IMG/VR virus record: IMGVR_UViG_3300020469_004451
Span: 1-64,000 of that record
Reading direction: 5' to 3' (one strand)
DNA: 64,000 nucleotides
Source of the DNA: a virus
Shown here one piece after another: positions 27,478 to 38,206 of the stretch; within the stretch, counting starts at the first letter, position 1; the number at the start of each line of letters is the position of its first letter. The notes under the pieces were generated by a model. The model was not told the origin of the DNA. It saw nothing but the letters and a program-made list of their open reading frames with translations, and did no database searches. The translations under genes were made by a program, and so were the position numbers.

Positions 27478-28066
27478 AACAACTGTCCATATTGATCAAA
27501 GAAAACTTTTAGGAGAACTTAGTGCGGGTAGAAATCTAAAGGTTACGTCGAATATTGTAAAAACAGAAGTAGACAAAAAGATTAAAAAATCTCAGGATGA
27601 TCTTGTAAGAGAGTATGAAAATCACCCTATAACACAAGAGATTGATAATGGTCCTAATGCAACCAACTCATCTGGGACTTTGGGCGGGAAAGGAAATCTT
27701 TTTTCTTTTATCGGTTTTAATAGAGGTGATAATCCAACTGCTGTTGTAAAAGCAAGACTGGCGAAGCCAATAAAATCTAAAGTTTCAAAAGGTAGTTTTG
27801 GTCGTTTCAAAGTAGAAGTTGATGCGGCTACTAAACAAGAACTTGAAGAAAGCACACCTATACCGTGGAGCGTTGGAAGGAGTTGGCTTGATGGTATAGA
27901 AAAGGGCATATCTGGTTTAGGCAGATATATATTTAAAGGGTCTAATCTAAAATCTTCTCGTTCGGGAACGGCTATTCAAGTAACTAATTCAAAAGGCGGC
28001 AGATTTCAAAATACAAGTTATATTTCTAAAATGTTAAATAATTTCTACAAGCGACTTTCAAAATGA
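27470..28066 (+). CDS. putative neck / tail completion protein
   Basis: Synteny; basic protein. Confidence 0.45.
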   Translation: MAKTTVHIDQRKLLGELSAGRNLKVTSNIVKTEVDKKIKKSQDDLVREYENHPITQEIDNGPNATNSSGTLGGKGNLFSFIGFNRGDNPTAVVKARLAKPIKSKVSKGSFGRFKVEVDAATKQELEESTPIPWSVGRSWLDGIEKGISGLGRYIFKGSNLKSSRSGTAIQVTNSKGGRFQNTSYISKMLNNFYKRLSK

Positions 28067-28926
28067 AAACTCAATTTGCCCATAACTTACTTAATTCTTT
28101 CTATCTTTGGTTTGAAAGGGAGCTTCTTGGCGATAAGTCTAAGGCTTATAAAACAAATCAAAGTAATACCTTTAAGTATGTGGACTTTCCAGATGTTCCT
28201 AATTCTCATTTAGGCTATCAGGGTCAGTTTAGACAGCTTGTTGCTGATCATTGTGTAGATCAACCTAACTCTGGAATATTTATTGACGGATCTTTTGTAT
28301 CGGGAGATAGCTCTGACGTTTACATAGATTACAACGGAGGAAGGGTTATTGTTCCCGCTGCTAGTGGAACTGGTCTTAATATTACAGCAAACAATACTAT
28401 TAAAGAAGTTAACACTTATGTGTCTAGTGATGACGAAGAGCAATTACTTGTTGCTAGTGATTTTGTAGATGCATCTGATTTAACTGAAACATACCTTTTC
28501 TCTAAAGACAGTAAGCTAGACGAAAAAACTTATATTTTACCAGCTTGTTTTATTCGTTTGGTTAATAATGAAAATGAAGACTTTACTTTTGGTGGACAGG
28601 ATGAATCAATTACAAGAATTAGAGTAACTATATTAGCTACAGATAATTACTTACTAGATGGTATCGTGGGATTATTCTCTGATACAAACGAAAGATGTAT
28701 TACTCATGTGCCTTTTGAAAACTCACCATTTGGTCACTTCTATTCAATTAAGGATTACCCTTACTGTTATGAAGACCACGTTTCAAGCCTTTCTGGTAAA
28801 ACATATGTTAAAGAAGTAAAGTCTTCCAAAACAAAGAACTCCTTTAATTCAGAAAAAATAGAAAAAAATATTTATATTGGCTTTTTGGACTTTGATTTGT
28901 CCACTTACCGATACCCTAGAGTCTAA
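28063..28926 (+). CDS. putative tail terminator
   Basis: LPACFI..FTFGG..GFLDFDL; directly before the tail tube. Confidence 0.55.
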   Translation: MKTQFAHNLLNSFYLWFERELLGDKSKAYKTNQSNTFKYVDFPDVPNSHLGYQGQFRQLVADHCVDQPNSGIFIDGSFVSGDSSDVYIDYNGGRVIVPAASGTGLNITANNTIKEVNTYVSSDDEEQLLVASDFVDASDLTETYLFSKDSKLDEKTYILPACFIRLVNNENEDFTFGGQDESITRIRVTILATDNYLLDGIVGLFSDTNERCITHVPFENSPFGHFYSIKDYPYCYEDHVSSLSGKTYVKEVKSSKTKNSFNSEKIEKNIYIGFLDFDLSTYRYPRV

Positions 28927-28965
28927 AATTCGTGTAATTGTCGGTAGAACTAATTTTAAAATATT

Positions 28966-30162
28966 ATGGCACGATCTCGCGTTCTTTCACAAAGTAAAGC
29001 TGTTTACGTCACCAAAACTGGTCTTCTTGCATCATCTGATGGTGCTAAACCTTCTGGCGTAGAAGCAACTCAACTACACAGAATTGACAACCTTTCATTT
29101 GAAGTGGATATTGCTGGTTCAAGACAAGATATCCGTGAATTCGGTAAGCTTGCACGAATTGGAACACTTGTTGATTCTGATCTTAATGCTACTGCTTCCG
29201 TTGGTTATCTCTTGACCGATGGAGAAAATGAGCATCACCTTGGTTTTGAAATCAAAGAATCTCTTCAAGGAGCTTTTGCTGGTAACGTTCAAGGAATTTC
29301 TGGTTTCTTGACCGAATCAGACGATCACAAAGAGCGAAATGTTTTTATCTGCACAGTCGGAGAAGGTAAAGATGCTTTTGCTTCTGAGTCTTGGTCAGAT
29401 CGTTCAGAACATGATGTTGTCGGTCTTGGTAATGCATTCATCTCTGATTACGCAGTCGAACTTAGTGTTGGTGATATTCCAAGAGCAGACGTTAGTTTTG
29501 AAGCTAATAACCTCGTTTTTTACACAGGAGCAAGCTCTGGTCTTGCTAATCCTTCGATTGGTCTAACTGACGCTACAAGAGCCGATTCTGGTCAAGCCGC
29601 TCTCCCTATTCCTACAACTGGTGAAAGCTTTGTTGACGTTCTTCGTCATGGTCAAATTCAACTTAGCCTTCAAGATGAAACTCCTCTTGGTATGGGTGGT
29701 GCTGACTTGGCTGAATTTCACCCTCAGAGCGTTTCTATCTCTGTCCCATTGGCTCGCGAAACTCTGGAAAGACTTGGTAACGAAAGAGCTTACTCTCGTC
29801 CTTTGGGTTTCCCAATTGATGTGACACTTTCCGTTAACGCTATTGCAGCAGACCTTAAAGATGGTGAGCTTGCTACGCTTCTTACTGGTTGTGGTGGTCA
29901 AGAGAAAAGAAACATTAATGTTAAGCTCTTCGACCGTTGTGATGGCACAACTCTTCGTTTGGGATATCAACTTAAACAGGCAGTGCTTGACAGTCAAAGC
30001 TTTAGTCAAGACCTTGAAGGTAACGAGACTGTTGACCTTCAATTTTCCGCTCAGATTGGTGGAGCGACCACCACTACTGATGGTTTCTTTATGACAGGAA
30101 GCTACGACTTGGCTGGTGGAAGCCCAATCAACCCAACTCTGGTTAGTGGTCTTGCTGGATAA
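28966..30162 (+). CDS. major tail tube protein
   Basis: RQDIREFG / RETLERLG duplicated-domain pattern; biased codons; followed by a terminator. Confidence 0.7.
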   Translation: MARSRVLSQSKAVYVTKTGLLASSDGAKPSGVEATQLHRIDNLSFEVDIAGSRQDIREFGKLARIGTLVDSDLNATASVGYLLTDGENEHHLGFEIKESLQGAFAGNVQGISGFLTESDDHKERNVFICTVGEGKDAFASESWSDRSEHDVVGLGNAFISDYAVELSVGDIPRADVSFEANNLVFYTGASSGLANPSIGLTDATRADSGQAALPIPTTGESFVDVLRHGQIQLSLQDETPLGMGGADLAEFHPQSVSISVPLARETLERLGNERAYSRPLGFPIDVTLSVNAIAADLKDGELATLLTGCGGQEKRNINVKLFDRCDGTTLRLGYQLKQAVLDSQSFSQDLEGNETVDLQFSAQIGGATTTTDGFFMTGSYDLAGGSPINPTLVSGLAG

Positions 30163-30192
30163 GATTTATACCTTAGTATTGTTCATAGCATC

Positions 30193-30219
30193 AAAGGCGG
30201 GGGTTTCCCCGCCTTTTTT
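30193..30219 (+). terminator. rho-independent terminator
   Basis: AAAGGCGGGG-GTTT-CCCCGCCTTTTTT. Confidence 0.9.
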
Positions 30220-30235
30220 GTGTAATATATAATAC

Positions 30236-30733
30236 ATGAAAACCAAATCTATAGGTTATCATAATAGAAGTTTAGTTTTTTCTGCTGATATTCAAGTAAG
30301 CGCCCCCGAAAGTGGCTTTCTGTTTCAGATAGGAAGATCAGGAGATCCCGACTTTTATCCAGCTATATCCTTCTCTGGATCAGAAGGTTTTATATTCGAT
30401 CAAGAAGGTGAATTCGTTGGTGGATATAGACAAAACCAGCTTTTTAATATTTCTGGTAATTATTTTTATGGGGATCAAAGCACCTCTGGTAATTTGCTAA
30501 TGGACCATACAGGCGAAGCTAGGTTCTCTTATTTTCTAAATGGCAATCTAATTTCTAATAATATTAATGGTCAAACTGGATTTCTTCAAACGATTCGTTT
30601 TGAAGATCACGATAATCAGAATAATCTTTTCTTTGAAATAGTAAAAGAGACTGGTTCTTCTAATGTCATAAGAGATAGCGGCTCTACCTACCTTGCTTCT
30701 TCTGAAGGTCATTATCTAGGGTATTTAGATTGA
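30236..30733 (+). CDS. putative virion protein, S/T-G rich
   Basis: ORF track; GTGTAA upstream. Confidence 0.55.
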   Translation: MKTKSIGYHNRSLVFSADIQVSAPESGFLFQIGRSGDPDFYPAISFSGSEGFIFDQEGEFVGGYRQNQLFNISGNYFYGDQSTSGNLLMDHTGEARFSYFLNGNLISNNINGQTGFLQTIRFEDHDNQNNLFFEIVKETGSSNVIRDSGSTYLASSEGHYLGYLD

Positions 30734-30764
30734 TTTTTCTTAAAAAATCAATTATAATTATACG

Positions 30765-31622
30765 ATGAAACCACTTTACACTTTTAATGTAGGAGAGGGC
30801 GAAAAACAAAAAAAGGTCGCTGTATCTAAACCTACATACGCTCAAGTAGAAGCTGCTGAATTTATTTATGGGCAGCATTTTAATAAATTGATCCAAGATG
30901 GTTTTATGAGCAGAGCCATGATGGACAAAAAGTTCAATGACATTGGTGGATTGTTTTCGGAAAAAAGAACCAATGAAATATCCGATTCAGTCAAAAGACT
31001 AATGGAGGTTGGCAAAACTATTCAGTTTTACAAAGGCGCTGAAGATGAAGATTTAGATGAAGAGCAGAAAGAACAGCTTCGCATCGCAGAAGAAGATTAT
31101 TTGTCTCTTCAAAAACAAATTCTAGAAAAAGATTATAATTTAGAACAAATGTATAATCAAAGTGCTGATGCCAAATCAGAGCAGCATTTAATGAAATGGT
31201 TTACATTAGAATGCTCTTTTTACCATGAAAAAGTTTTTTCAAAGGAAGCAAATAAGATCATAGAACAAAAATTTGAGCTTTTCGAAGGTTCTAATTTTGA
31301 CGAGAGGCATAGACAATTTAACTTGTTCTTGGAAGAGATTGACGAACAAGATGATGAAGAATTGACTGATCGAAAAAAACTTATAGTAGAAGCTCTACCT
31401 ACAATAAATAAGGTTTTAAGTCTTTGGTATAAGCAGTTAGCTACAGATCAAAAGACAATAGAAAAAGCTTTAAAAGAATACTTTCCAGAGCAAGAATTAG
31501 ATGGCGAGTTATCTAGCGAAGAAGCTAAAGAAGATATAGATTTAGATAAAGATGAGGAGCCAAAAAAAAAGAAGGCAAGCAAGAAGAAGACATCTAAGAA
31601 GAAAACCACTTCAGAGAAGTGA
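30765..31622 (+). CDS. putative tail assembly chaperone
   Basis: Between tube and TMP; own TTGATT-17-TATAAT promoter (30730-30758). Confidence 0.55.
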   Translation: MKPLYTFNVGEGEKQKKVAVSKPTYAQVEAAEFIYGQHFNKLIQDGFMSRAMMDKKFNDIGGLFSEKRTNEISDSVKRLMEVGKTIQFYKGAEDEDLDEEQKEQLRIAEEDYLSLQKQILEKDYNLEQMYNQSADAKSEQHLMKWFTLECSFYHEKVFSKEANKIIEQKFELFEGSNFDERHRQFNLFLEEIDEQDDEELTDRKKLIVEALPTINKVLSLWYKQLATDQKTIEKALKEYFPEQELDGELSSEEAKEDIDLDKDEEPKKKKASKKKTSKKKTTSEK

Positions 31623-32467
31623 GTCAAGAAAATATAATTTCTGAAATTTTAGAAGGGGTTTCGCCACTTGAATATAGTGGCGAAACCATTTTTTTTAAGC
31701 ACCCAACTGTAAAAGAAAAGTTAAAAGACTTTCAAATAATAGAGGACTGCAAAAAAGATGGTGCAAAAAAAGGAATCAAATCCGAAGAACAATTGATACA
31801 AACTGCCATTCGATCTCATTCTTGGTCTGAAGAAAATGAAGATAAAATCAAAGACCTAAAATGGCTAATAGAAAAGAGCGAAACCTCTATATTAAAACTA
31901 TCAGATCCAAATCTGATTAAACATAATGAAAAAACTCTAGATGGATATAAGCAAGAATTGAATCACCTTAATAAAGGTCGCTCAAAAATAATAAATACAT
32001 CATTAGAAAATTATTCTCTATCAAGATCCCATGTAATATTCTGCCAGAGAGATTGTTATTATATAAAAAAGGGCAAGAAAAAAAACCTCACTGGAGGTTT
32101 TTCAAAACAAATTTTATGGGATTATATTCATTGCTACTCAAAACTTTCTAATAAAGAAAGCTTAATAAAAGCATCATATACCTCTTACTTTTTTGATTTG
32201 GTCTATATGTCTGAATCCCCTCTGGAGATATTTCCAGATCCCTTGAAAAATATTACTATTTTTCAAAAAGATTTATTATTTTATGCAAATATACTTTCTT
32301 CTAAACTTAAAAATCTGGAGATTCCAGAGTCGATTGTTAAAGATCCTTTAGCTCTTTATTATTTTAAACCAGAAGATAAGTCCAAGGAAAAGAAAGATTT
32401 TAAAACTAGGAATTTTGTTCAAAGTAAAGGTGGATTAGAAAAAATGAAACCAGAAGACAAATTATGA
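31619..32467 (+). CDS. putative second tail assembly chaperone
   Basis: Synteny directly before the TMP; GTG start. Confidence 0.5.
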   Translation: MSQENIISEILEGVSPLEYSGETIFFKHPTVKEKLKDFQIIEDCKKDGAKKGIKSEEQLIQTAIRSHSWSEENEDKIKDLKWLIEKSETSILKLSDPNLIKHNEKTLDGYKQELNHLNKGRSKIINTSLENYSLSRSHVIFCQRDCYYIKKGKKKNLTGGFSKQILWDYIHCYSKLSNKESLIKASYTSYFFDLVYMSESPLEIFPDPLKNITIFQKDLLFYANILSSKLKNLEIPESIVKDPLALYYFKPEDKSKEKKDFKTRNFVQSKGGLEKMKPEDKL

Positions 32468-32490
32468 GGTAATTATGTGTAATTAGGTGT

Positions 32491-35400
32491 ATGGCAAGCG
32501 CCTCCACAACAATCAATGCCAATCTGAAGATTAATCAGCCGAGTGTCAAATCGGCTCAAAGGACTGTTCAATCAGCCTTTAATAATATTAATTTAAATTC
32601 TAAGAATGTATCGCAATTTAGCAATTCTTTGGGTCGAATTACTGGTCAAGCTAGTGAATTTAGAAAATCAATGGATGCTGCTACTGCGCGTGTTTTTGCG
32701 TTTGGAGCTACAGCAGCAGTCATTAATGGTATAAGCCAATCATTTAAAGCTTTAGTAGCAAGCACAATTGACGTAGAAAAGAGATTAATTGAAATTAACT
32801 CTATTTTTGGAGCTACCGAAAAGCAATTCGCTTCTTTTAGAAAATCAATTTTTGAAGTAGCCAAGAATACTGGTCAGTCTTTCGCTGTAGTGGCTGATGG
32901 TGCGGCTGAACTTGCTCGTCAGGGTCTTAGTGCAGAAGAGACGGCGAAGCGTCTAAACGCCTCTCTGATCCTTACAAGGGTTTCTGGTCTTGATGCTGTT
33001 TCTTCTGTTAACTCTTTAACTGCTGCACTTAACGGTTTCACTTCTGCGGGATTAACCGCAGAATCAGTAGTTAATAAAATTATTGCGGTTGATACAGCGT
33101 TTGCGGTTTCAGCAAAAGACCTCGCCGAAGGATTCCAACGTGCTGGTTCTACCGCTGAAGATGCTGGCGTTTCTTTTGATGAGCTTCTTGGATTGATAAC
33201 TGCTGTTCAACAGAAAACTGCGCGTGGCGGTGCTGTTATTGGTAACGCCTTCAAATCTATTTTTACTAGACTTAGCAGAGGAACCACTATCTCAGAACTA
33301 CAACAACTTGGAGTTGAAATTGACGCTTCTCAATCTGGAGTTCAAAAGCTTCAAGCCCTCTCATTAGCTTTAGAAAAAGTTGGTGATCCAAATGTTGCTA
33401 GTAAAATTAAAGAATTGGCTGGTGGCGTTTTTCAGATTAACGTTGTTTCTGCTGCCCTAAAAGACTTATCTAGTGAGACTTCCATATTTGCCGATGCTGC
33501 CTCAAAATCAGCCGCAGCTTCTAATGAAGCTTTTAGTAAAAATGAATCTCTGAATAAAAGTCTTTCTGCTCAAATTAATGCATTAGTAGTCGGCGCTACA
33601 AATCTTGCTGAGAAAATTGGACAGATTACATTATCTCCTATTTTAACTGATTTAACAAGTTTAGCCACAAAATTTACTGATTTTTTAAGTAGTTCTTTGG
33701 ACGAAGATTCTGGCAATAAATTTATAAAAGGCTTCTTTCAAGGTATATCTAGTTTTATATCAGGTCCGGGTGTTATCTTAGTTACAACAGCGTTTTTGAA
33801 CATATTTAAGATTGTGGCTAGATTTGCTAAAGAAGGATTTCAAGACCTTCTTAGACTTGGTTCTGGACAAGAAAGAGTTAAAAATATTGAAGCTGGAATT
33901 GTTCAACTTCTTGGTCAAGATGAAGCACTTAGAAATAAAATTGCCAGCACAACTGTTACTCAAGCTCAAAAAGAACGGCTTATTATTCAGGCTATTGAAA
34001 AGGAAAACGCTTTACTTAGACAGCAACAGGCTATTATTGCTCAATTAGCGTCAGGAGCGGCTAGAGCCGGTATAACTGGCTTCGGTGCTGGAAAGGGTTT
34101 TTCTGGCAAAGGGGGTAGGGGCAGGGCTTCGGGCTTTATGCCGATTGAAGGAGCTATGGAAGTTGCCGAAGCACGTTCTCTTGGAGCGAGAGGCGCTGTT
34201 AGGCCAAAGCTTTCTCAAGGCACTATTGGTGGTCGGAAATTTGTTATGAACTCTCAGGAAACTGAGATTCCCAATTTTGGTAGAAACGGGGATTCTGCTG
34301 TTATTCCTAATTATGCAAAGGGATTTGTGCCTAATTTTAAGAGAAGAGGCGCGCCATCCAATCAACCAAGGGTTGATGAATCTACTACAGTTGAAGAACT
34401 TGAGAAGCTTTCAGACACACGATTAAAAGCTTTATCATCAAATTTTCCAAACGCAAAAAAAGCCCTCGAAAGAAAAAAAGCTGGAAAAACTCCATTAGGT
34501 TCTGAAAGCAATAGAATAAATATTAACGCTTCTCAATTTGGATTTTTAATTCCAAAGATAGGCGCGAAGCAGTCACCTCCAAAAAGGGGTCATTTTACCA
34601 CTCCTACAGGAAAAATCTTCTTTGACATGAAGGGCGTTAATGTGCGAGGACCAATTTTGCCAAGGAATGTAGGTAAAGTTCAAGATCCAGAAGCGGCTGA
34701 TTTGGAAGAAGCTATCAAAGGTAGTATGGTAGAAAAAGCAACAAAATTTGCTAAAGTTCTAAAAGGACCATCCACTAAACCATCAAAAGAGAGCGTTAAA
34801 AAAAGACTTGAGGAACAAAAGGGTGGACTTGGCGCTATTGGAGGGGCTGTAGGCGCGGCTTTTGAAGCTGGTGTAGCTACAGCGTTAGGAGTAAAGGAAA
34901 TAGATATCACTAAAGAGCAAGGCGATTTTGATTTAAGGTCTACTGACAGTGAAGGTCTTAATCCTGATATTTTTGCTTTGTTTGGTATTAAACCATTTGC
35001 TTTGGGTGAATTTAAGTCTTCTGCTTCCCCTACAAACTTAAATAGTTTTGCAAGAAAAATTGTTAAGGAAACCACAGGTAAAAGTTTTGATCTGAAGGGT
35101 AGGAAAAATTTCCCTATTGCTGCCAAAGCCGCAGGATTTATACCAAATTTTGCTAATCCATTGGGAGAAGCCATCTCAAGAGAGACTTCTGGAACTGGCA
35201 TTTCAAAAAGTCAAGTTCGTATTTCAAATGACAAAAGACTTGTCAATAAGTCCAATCCTTCGGGACTTGCTGTTACAAACACAAGAGATGAACCAAATGG
35301 TTTAAAAGATGTTTTTGCTTCTGGTTTTGTTCCAAATTTTGCTCCCAAACCTCAAGGATCAGGGAGCAATGCATCAGTAGGAGCAGCGTTAGGTCTTGGC

Positions 35401-38205
35401 CTTTCTTTTTTATCTCCTGTTCTGACAGAATTAATAGGCGCGAATACTGAAGCTGCAATCACCTCTAAGCAATTATCTAAGGAAATAGAAAAATTAGAAC
35501 AAGTATTATCAAAGTTAGATAACGAAACTGAAAAAGTTAAAATTGAAAAATTAACTGAAAAAATAGAAAAATTAAAAAAGAGTCAACAGATTGCTTCTAA
35601 AGCTGCTCAAGATTTTAATAATCAACTTATACTTGGAGTAAACAGTGTATCTGCTTTTGCTACTGTTATAGCACTTTTACCACATAAATTTAAATTAGCG
35701 TCATTAGGAATAGCGGCTGTAGTTGCCAGTCTTTTGTTGGCTCAAAAATTAAATCGAGATCAGAGGGCGGCGTTTCTTGAAAAACAAGGTAAAATAGGTC
35801 CAGAAAGTTCTAACGATTTGCAAGTAATTAGAGAATTTAATAAAAATCTTTTAGTTAGTGATAATTCTAGTGTCTTGGATAAAATACTCGCTGCAATTCG
35901 CCTTATTGATCCAACTGAAATAATTATTGCAAACGAAGCTAAAACGAACAACGATCCGTTCCTTCAAGCAAGTAAGGAATTAAACGAAAGAATAGACTCT
36001 ATACAAAGAGAGGAACTCGGTGGAACTGGTGCATTTGCTGATGTTGTAGGATTAAATAATCGGTTTAAACTTCTTTCATCTAGAATACAAGAACTTAGCG
36101 GAAATGTAGAATCTGCTGGTGGAGTTTTTGTTTCTGCCTTTCAGAGCGTAAGTGAAGGCAAAAGATTTTTTGATGACAACGTTTTTGGGGGAATAGATTC
36201 ACAAATTCAATTAGCACAAAAGGCATCTAAGTTAGATACAACTTTAGGAGACGACCCATCAGCCTCTAAAAAAAGAGCATCAATTGAAGATCAAAGAACA
36301 GCAAATATAAATGTAGCTACTAAAGATTTGGATAAAACATTTCTGGATGTAAGAGGATCAATTCAGTCAGTTTCAGATAAACAAGCGGCATCGGCTGGTT
36401 TATCATCAAGTTTTGACACATTAAATTTAGATCCTAGAAAAGATATACAAAATATTTTAAACTCTCTTGTAGCGACGGTTGCAAGTAGCGAAAAAGTAGC
36501 AGATGCGATGGAGGGAACAAGTATTAATGATGGCACAACTCCAGAATTGTTTAAAGTAAGAGATATTATTGAAGGGTTCGCGGACACTTTAAGCGGGAAC
36601 GAGTTTTTTGGTGACACTAAAATTCCCGCGAATCTACTGAGTCCCGATTTTATAAGAAAAGAGTTAATTAATACTTTTAGCAAGGAAAGCATAGGAGGGT
36701 TTGCGCCAACAAAAAACGTAGACAACGGAGGGATAAGCTTCTTTATAGATTCAGCCGTAGATGCATTGAAAAAAATTGGAGGAGAAGAAACACAGGCAAT
36801 AGTTGATAGTAATAAAGAAGCTAATAATGCTGTAGACACAATGCTTAAAATTGTAGAAAAACAAGAGTCAGGAAAATTAACATCAGAAGATATGGAGGCG
36901 TTTTTAAGTGCCAAAGATGTATTGTTTGATTTTGGCGCTCTAACTGAAGACACTTTACAAGAATTTGATTCTGATATCGCAAGCTTTTTTGGTAAAGTTG
37001 ACACAGCTAATACGGCTGCTATAATTGAAAATAAAAAAATTACCATTGACGAACTTAAAACACGAAAAAACTTAAACGATGAATTAATAAAAACGATACA
37101 AACTAATTTCGGAGAAAACTTAAAAAACACCGAAGACTTTGTTCTTGAAAAAGGAGGTCTTGGCGAATTTGAAGGTCGTGAAATTAAAGCTTTTAGTTCT
37201 GATTTCTTCAAATTTTTAAAAGATCGTGGTCTAGAAGACCGAAAAGCTGAAGAGGCTATAGCCTTAATTGGTGGGGATACAATAGATCAATTTGCAGCGT
37301 CAATTAAACAGGGAAGCGGAACTGAATTGGACAAACAAATAGATTTACTTAGTTTAGGTGTTGATAAGACTTTTACTGCTAATCAACAAAAGCAACTTGG
37401 ACTTGTTGGGGAAAACTTTTCTCTAGATGAATTTAAAAAACTTAGCGATTTTGCTACCGATGAGGATAGTGGGATTAGTGATCCAGCAAGGGGAATTATA
37501 CAAACTGCTTTAGGCGACGTAGCTAAATTAGATACTGCATTAGACAATATAACTGATAAAGAAAGTTTAGTAAACGTGCAGGAACTATTTGATACAGCTT
37601 TTGACTCTCTAGGTGCGATTGATTCAGAGGGTAATGAAGGACTAGTTGGCGCGGTTGTTGCAGGAATAACAAGATTGTTTGTGAAACAAGAAGGCTTAGA
37701 AGACGCTTCTTCCACTGCCTTAGCCACAAATCTAACAGAAGCACAGGAGCTAGATAACGCATTTCTTAAAGCAAGTGCTGATGCAGAAAAGCAAGAACCA
37801 CTAAGAGCCGGTGAAAAAGCAAGTGACGTTAGTTCACAGCGATTGCAATTTGACACAACACCTAAAGAGGGATTAGGGGAGGGTCTAAAAGTTGGAGATG
37901 TATTACAAGGAGCAGCCTTAGAAATAAAAGCATTTGCAAAAAAAATTAATGATGAAGCAAATGCTCTTGGTATTGATGTTATAGGAGAGGAAATAGGAAC
38001 TGTAGCAAACGATCTTAAAACATTAGGAGAGGCTGGTCAGACTGCCGCTAACGCTCTTAGCGAACTTGGGGGGGGAGAGGATGGACAAGAAAATCCTTTA
38101 ACCCAAGCTCAAGCAGCTTTACAAGAGGCAATGTCAGCTTTAACAGAAACTATCATAGCGGAAAAAGATAAGCTAGAAGGCATAGACAGGATCAAACCAA
38201 AATAA
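32491..38205 (+). CDS. tape measure protein (TP901-type N-terminal core) with internal inserted domains
   Basis: 1904 aa; ELARQG, DLAEGFQRAGSTA and GNAFKSIFTRL motifs; hydrophobic central segments. Confidence 0.9.
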   Translation: MASASTTINANLKINQPSVKSAQRTVQSAFNNINLNSKNVSQFSNSLGRITGQASEFRKSMDAATARVFAFGATAAVINGISQSFKALVASTIDVEKRLIEINSIFGATEKQFASFRKSIFEVAKNTGQSFAVVADGAAELARQGLSAEETAKRLNASLILTRVSGLDAVSSVNSLTAALNGFTSAGLTAESVVNKIIAVDTAFAVSAKDLAEGFQRAGSTAEDAGVSFDELLGLITAVQQKTARGGAVIGNAFKSIFTRLSRGTTISELQQLGVEIDASQSGVQKLQALSLALEKVGDPNVASKIKELAGGVFQINVVSAALKDLSSETSIFADAASKSAAASNEAFSKNESLNKSLSAQINALVVGATNLAEKIGQITLSPILTDLTSLATKFTDFLSSSLDEDSGNKFIKGFFQGISSFISGPGVILVTTAFLNIFKIVARFAKEGFQDLLRLGSGQERVKNIEAGIVQLLGQDEALRNKIASTTVTQAQKERLIIQAIEKENALLRQQQAIIAQLASGAARAGITGFGAGKGFSGKGGRGRASGFMPIEGAMEVAEARSLGARGAVRPKLSQGTIGGRKFVMNSQETEIPNFGRNGDSAVIPNYAKGFVPNFKRRGAPSNQPRVDESTTVEELEKLSDTRLKALSSNFPNAKKALERKKAGKTPLGSESNRININASQFGFLIPKIGAKQSPPKRGHFTTPTGKIFFDMKGVNVRGPILPRNVGKVQDPEAADLEEAIKGSMVEKATKFAKVLKGPSTKPSKESVKKRLEEQKGGLGAIGGAVGAAFEAGVATALGVKEIDITKEQGDFDLRSTDSEGLNPDIFALFGIKPFALGEFKSSASPTNLNSFARKIVKETTGKSFDLKGRKNFPIAAKAAGFIPNFANPLGEAISRETSGTGISKSQVRISNDKRLVNKSNPSGLAVTNTRDEPNGLKDVFASGFVPNFAPKPQGSGSNASVGAALGLGLSFLSPVLTELIGANTEAAITSKQLSKEIEKLEQVLSKLDNETEKVKIEKLTEKIEKLKKSQQIASKAAQDFNNQLILGVNSVSAFATVIALLPHKFKLASLGIAAVVASLLLAQKLNRDQRAAFLEKQGKIGPESSNDLQVIREFNKNLLVSDNSSVLDKILAAIRLIDPTEIIIANEAKTNNDPFLQASKELNERIDSIQREELGGTGAFADVVGLNNRFKLLSSRIQELSGNVESAGGVFVSAFQSVSEGKRFFDDNVFGGIDSQIQLAQKASKLDTTLGDDPSASKKRASIEDQRTANINVATKDLDKTFLDVRGSIQSVSDKQAASAGLSSSFDTLNLDPRKDIQNILNSLVATVASSEKVADAMEGTSINDGTTPELFKVRDIIEGFADTLSGNEFFGDTKIPANLLSPDFIRKELINTFSKESIGGFAPTKNVDNGGISFFIDSAVDALKKIGGEETQAIVDSNKEANNAVDTMLKIVEKQESGKLTSEDMEAFLSAKDVLFDFGALTEDTLQEFDSDIASFFGKVDTANTAAIIENKKITIDELKTRKNLNDELIKTIQTNFGENLKNTEDFVLEKGGLGEFEGREIKAFSSDFFKFLKDRGLEDRKAEEAIALIGGDTIDQFAASIKQGSGTELDKQIDLLSLGVDKTFTANQQKQLGLVGENFSLDEFKKLSDFATDEDSGISDPARGIIQTALGDVAKLDTALDNITDKESLVNVQELFDTAFDSLGAIDSEGNEGLVGAVVAGITRLFVKQEGLEDASSTALATNLTEAQELDNAFLKASADAEKQEPLRAGEKASDVSSQRLQFDTTPKEGLGEGLKVGDVLQGAALEIKAFAKKINDEANALGIDVIGEEIGTVANDLKTLGEAGQTAANALSELGGGEDGQENPLTQAQAALQEAMSALTETIIAEKDKLEGIDRIKPK

Positions 38206-38206
38206 A

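Noticed and set aside
31561-31622. Programmed -1 frameshift joining the tail chaperones at the A9 run
   Set aside because: The -1 frame hits TAA at 31595 before reaching the second ORF, and no canonical slippery heptamer follows it.
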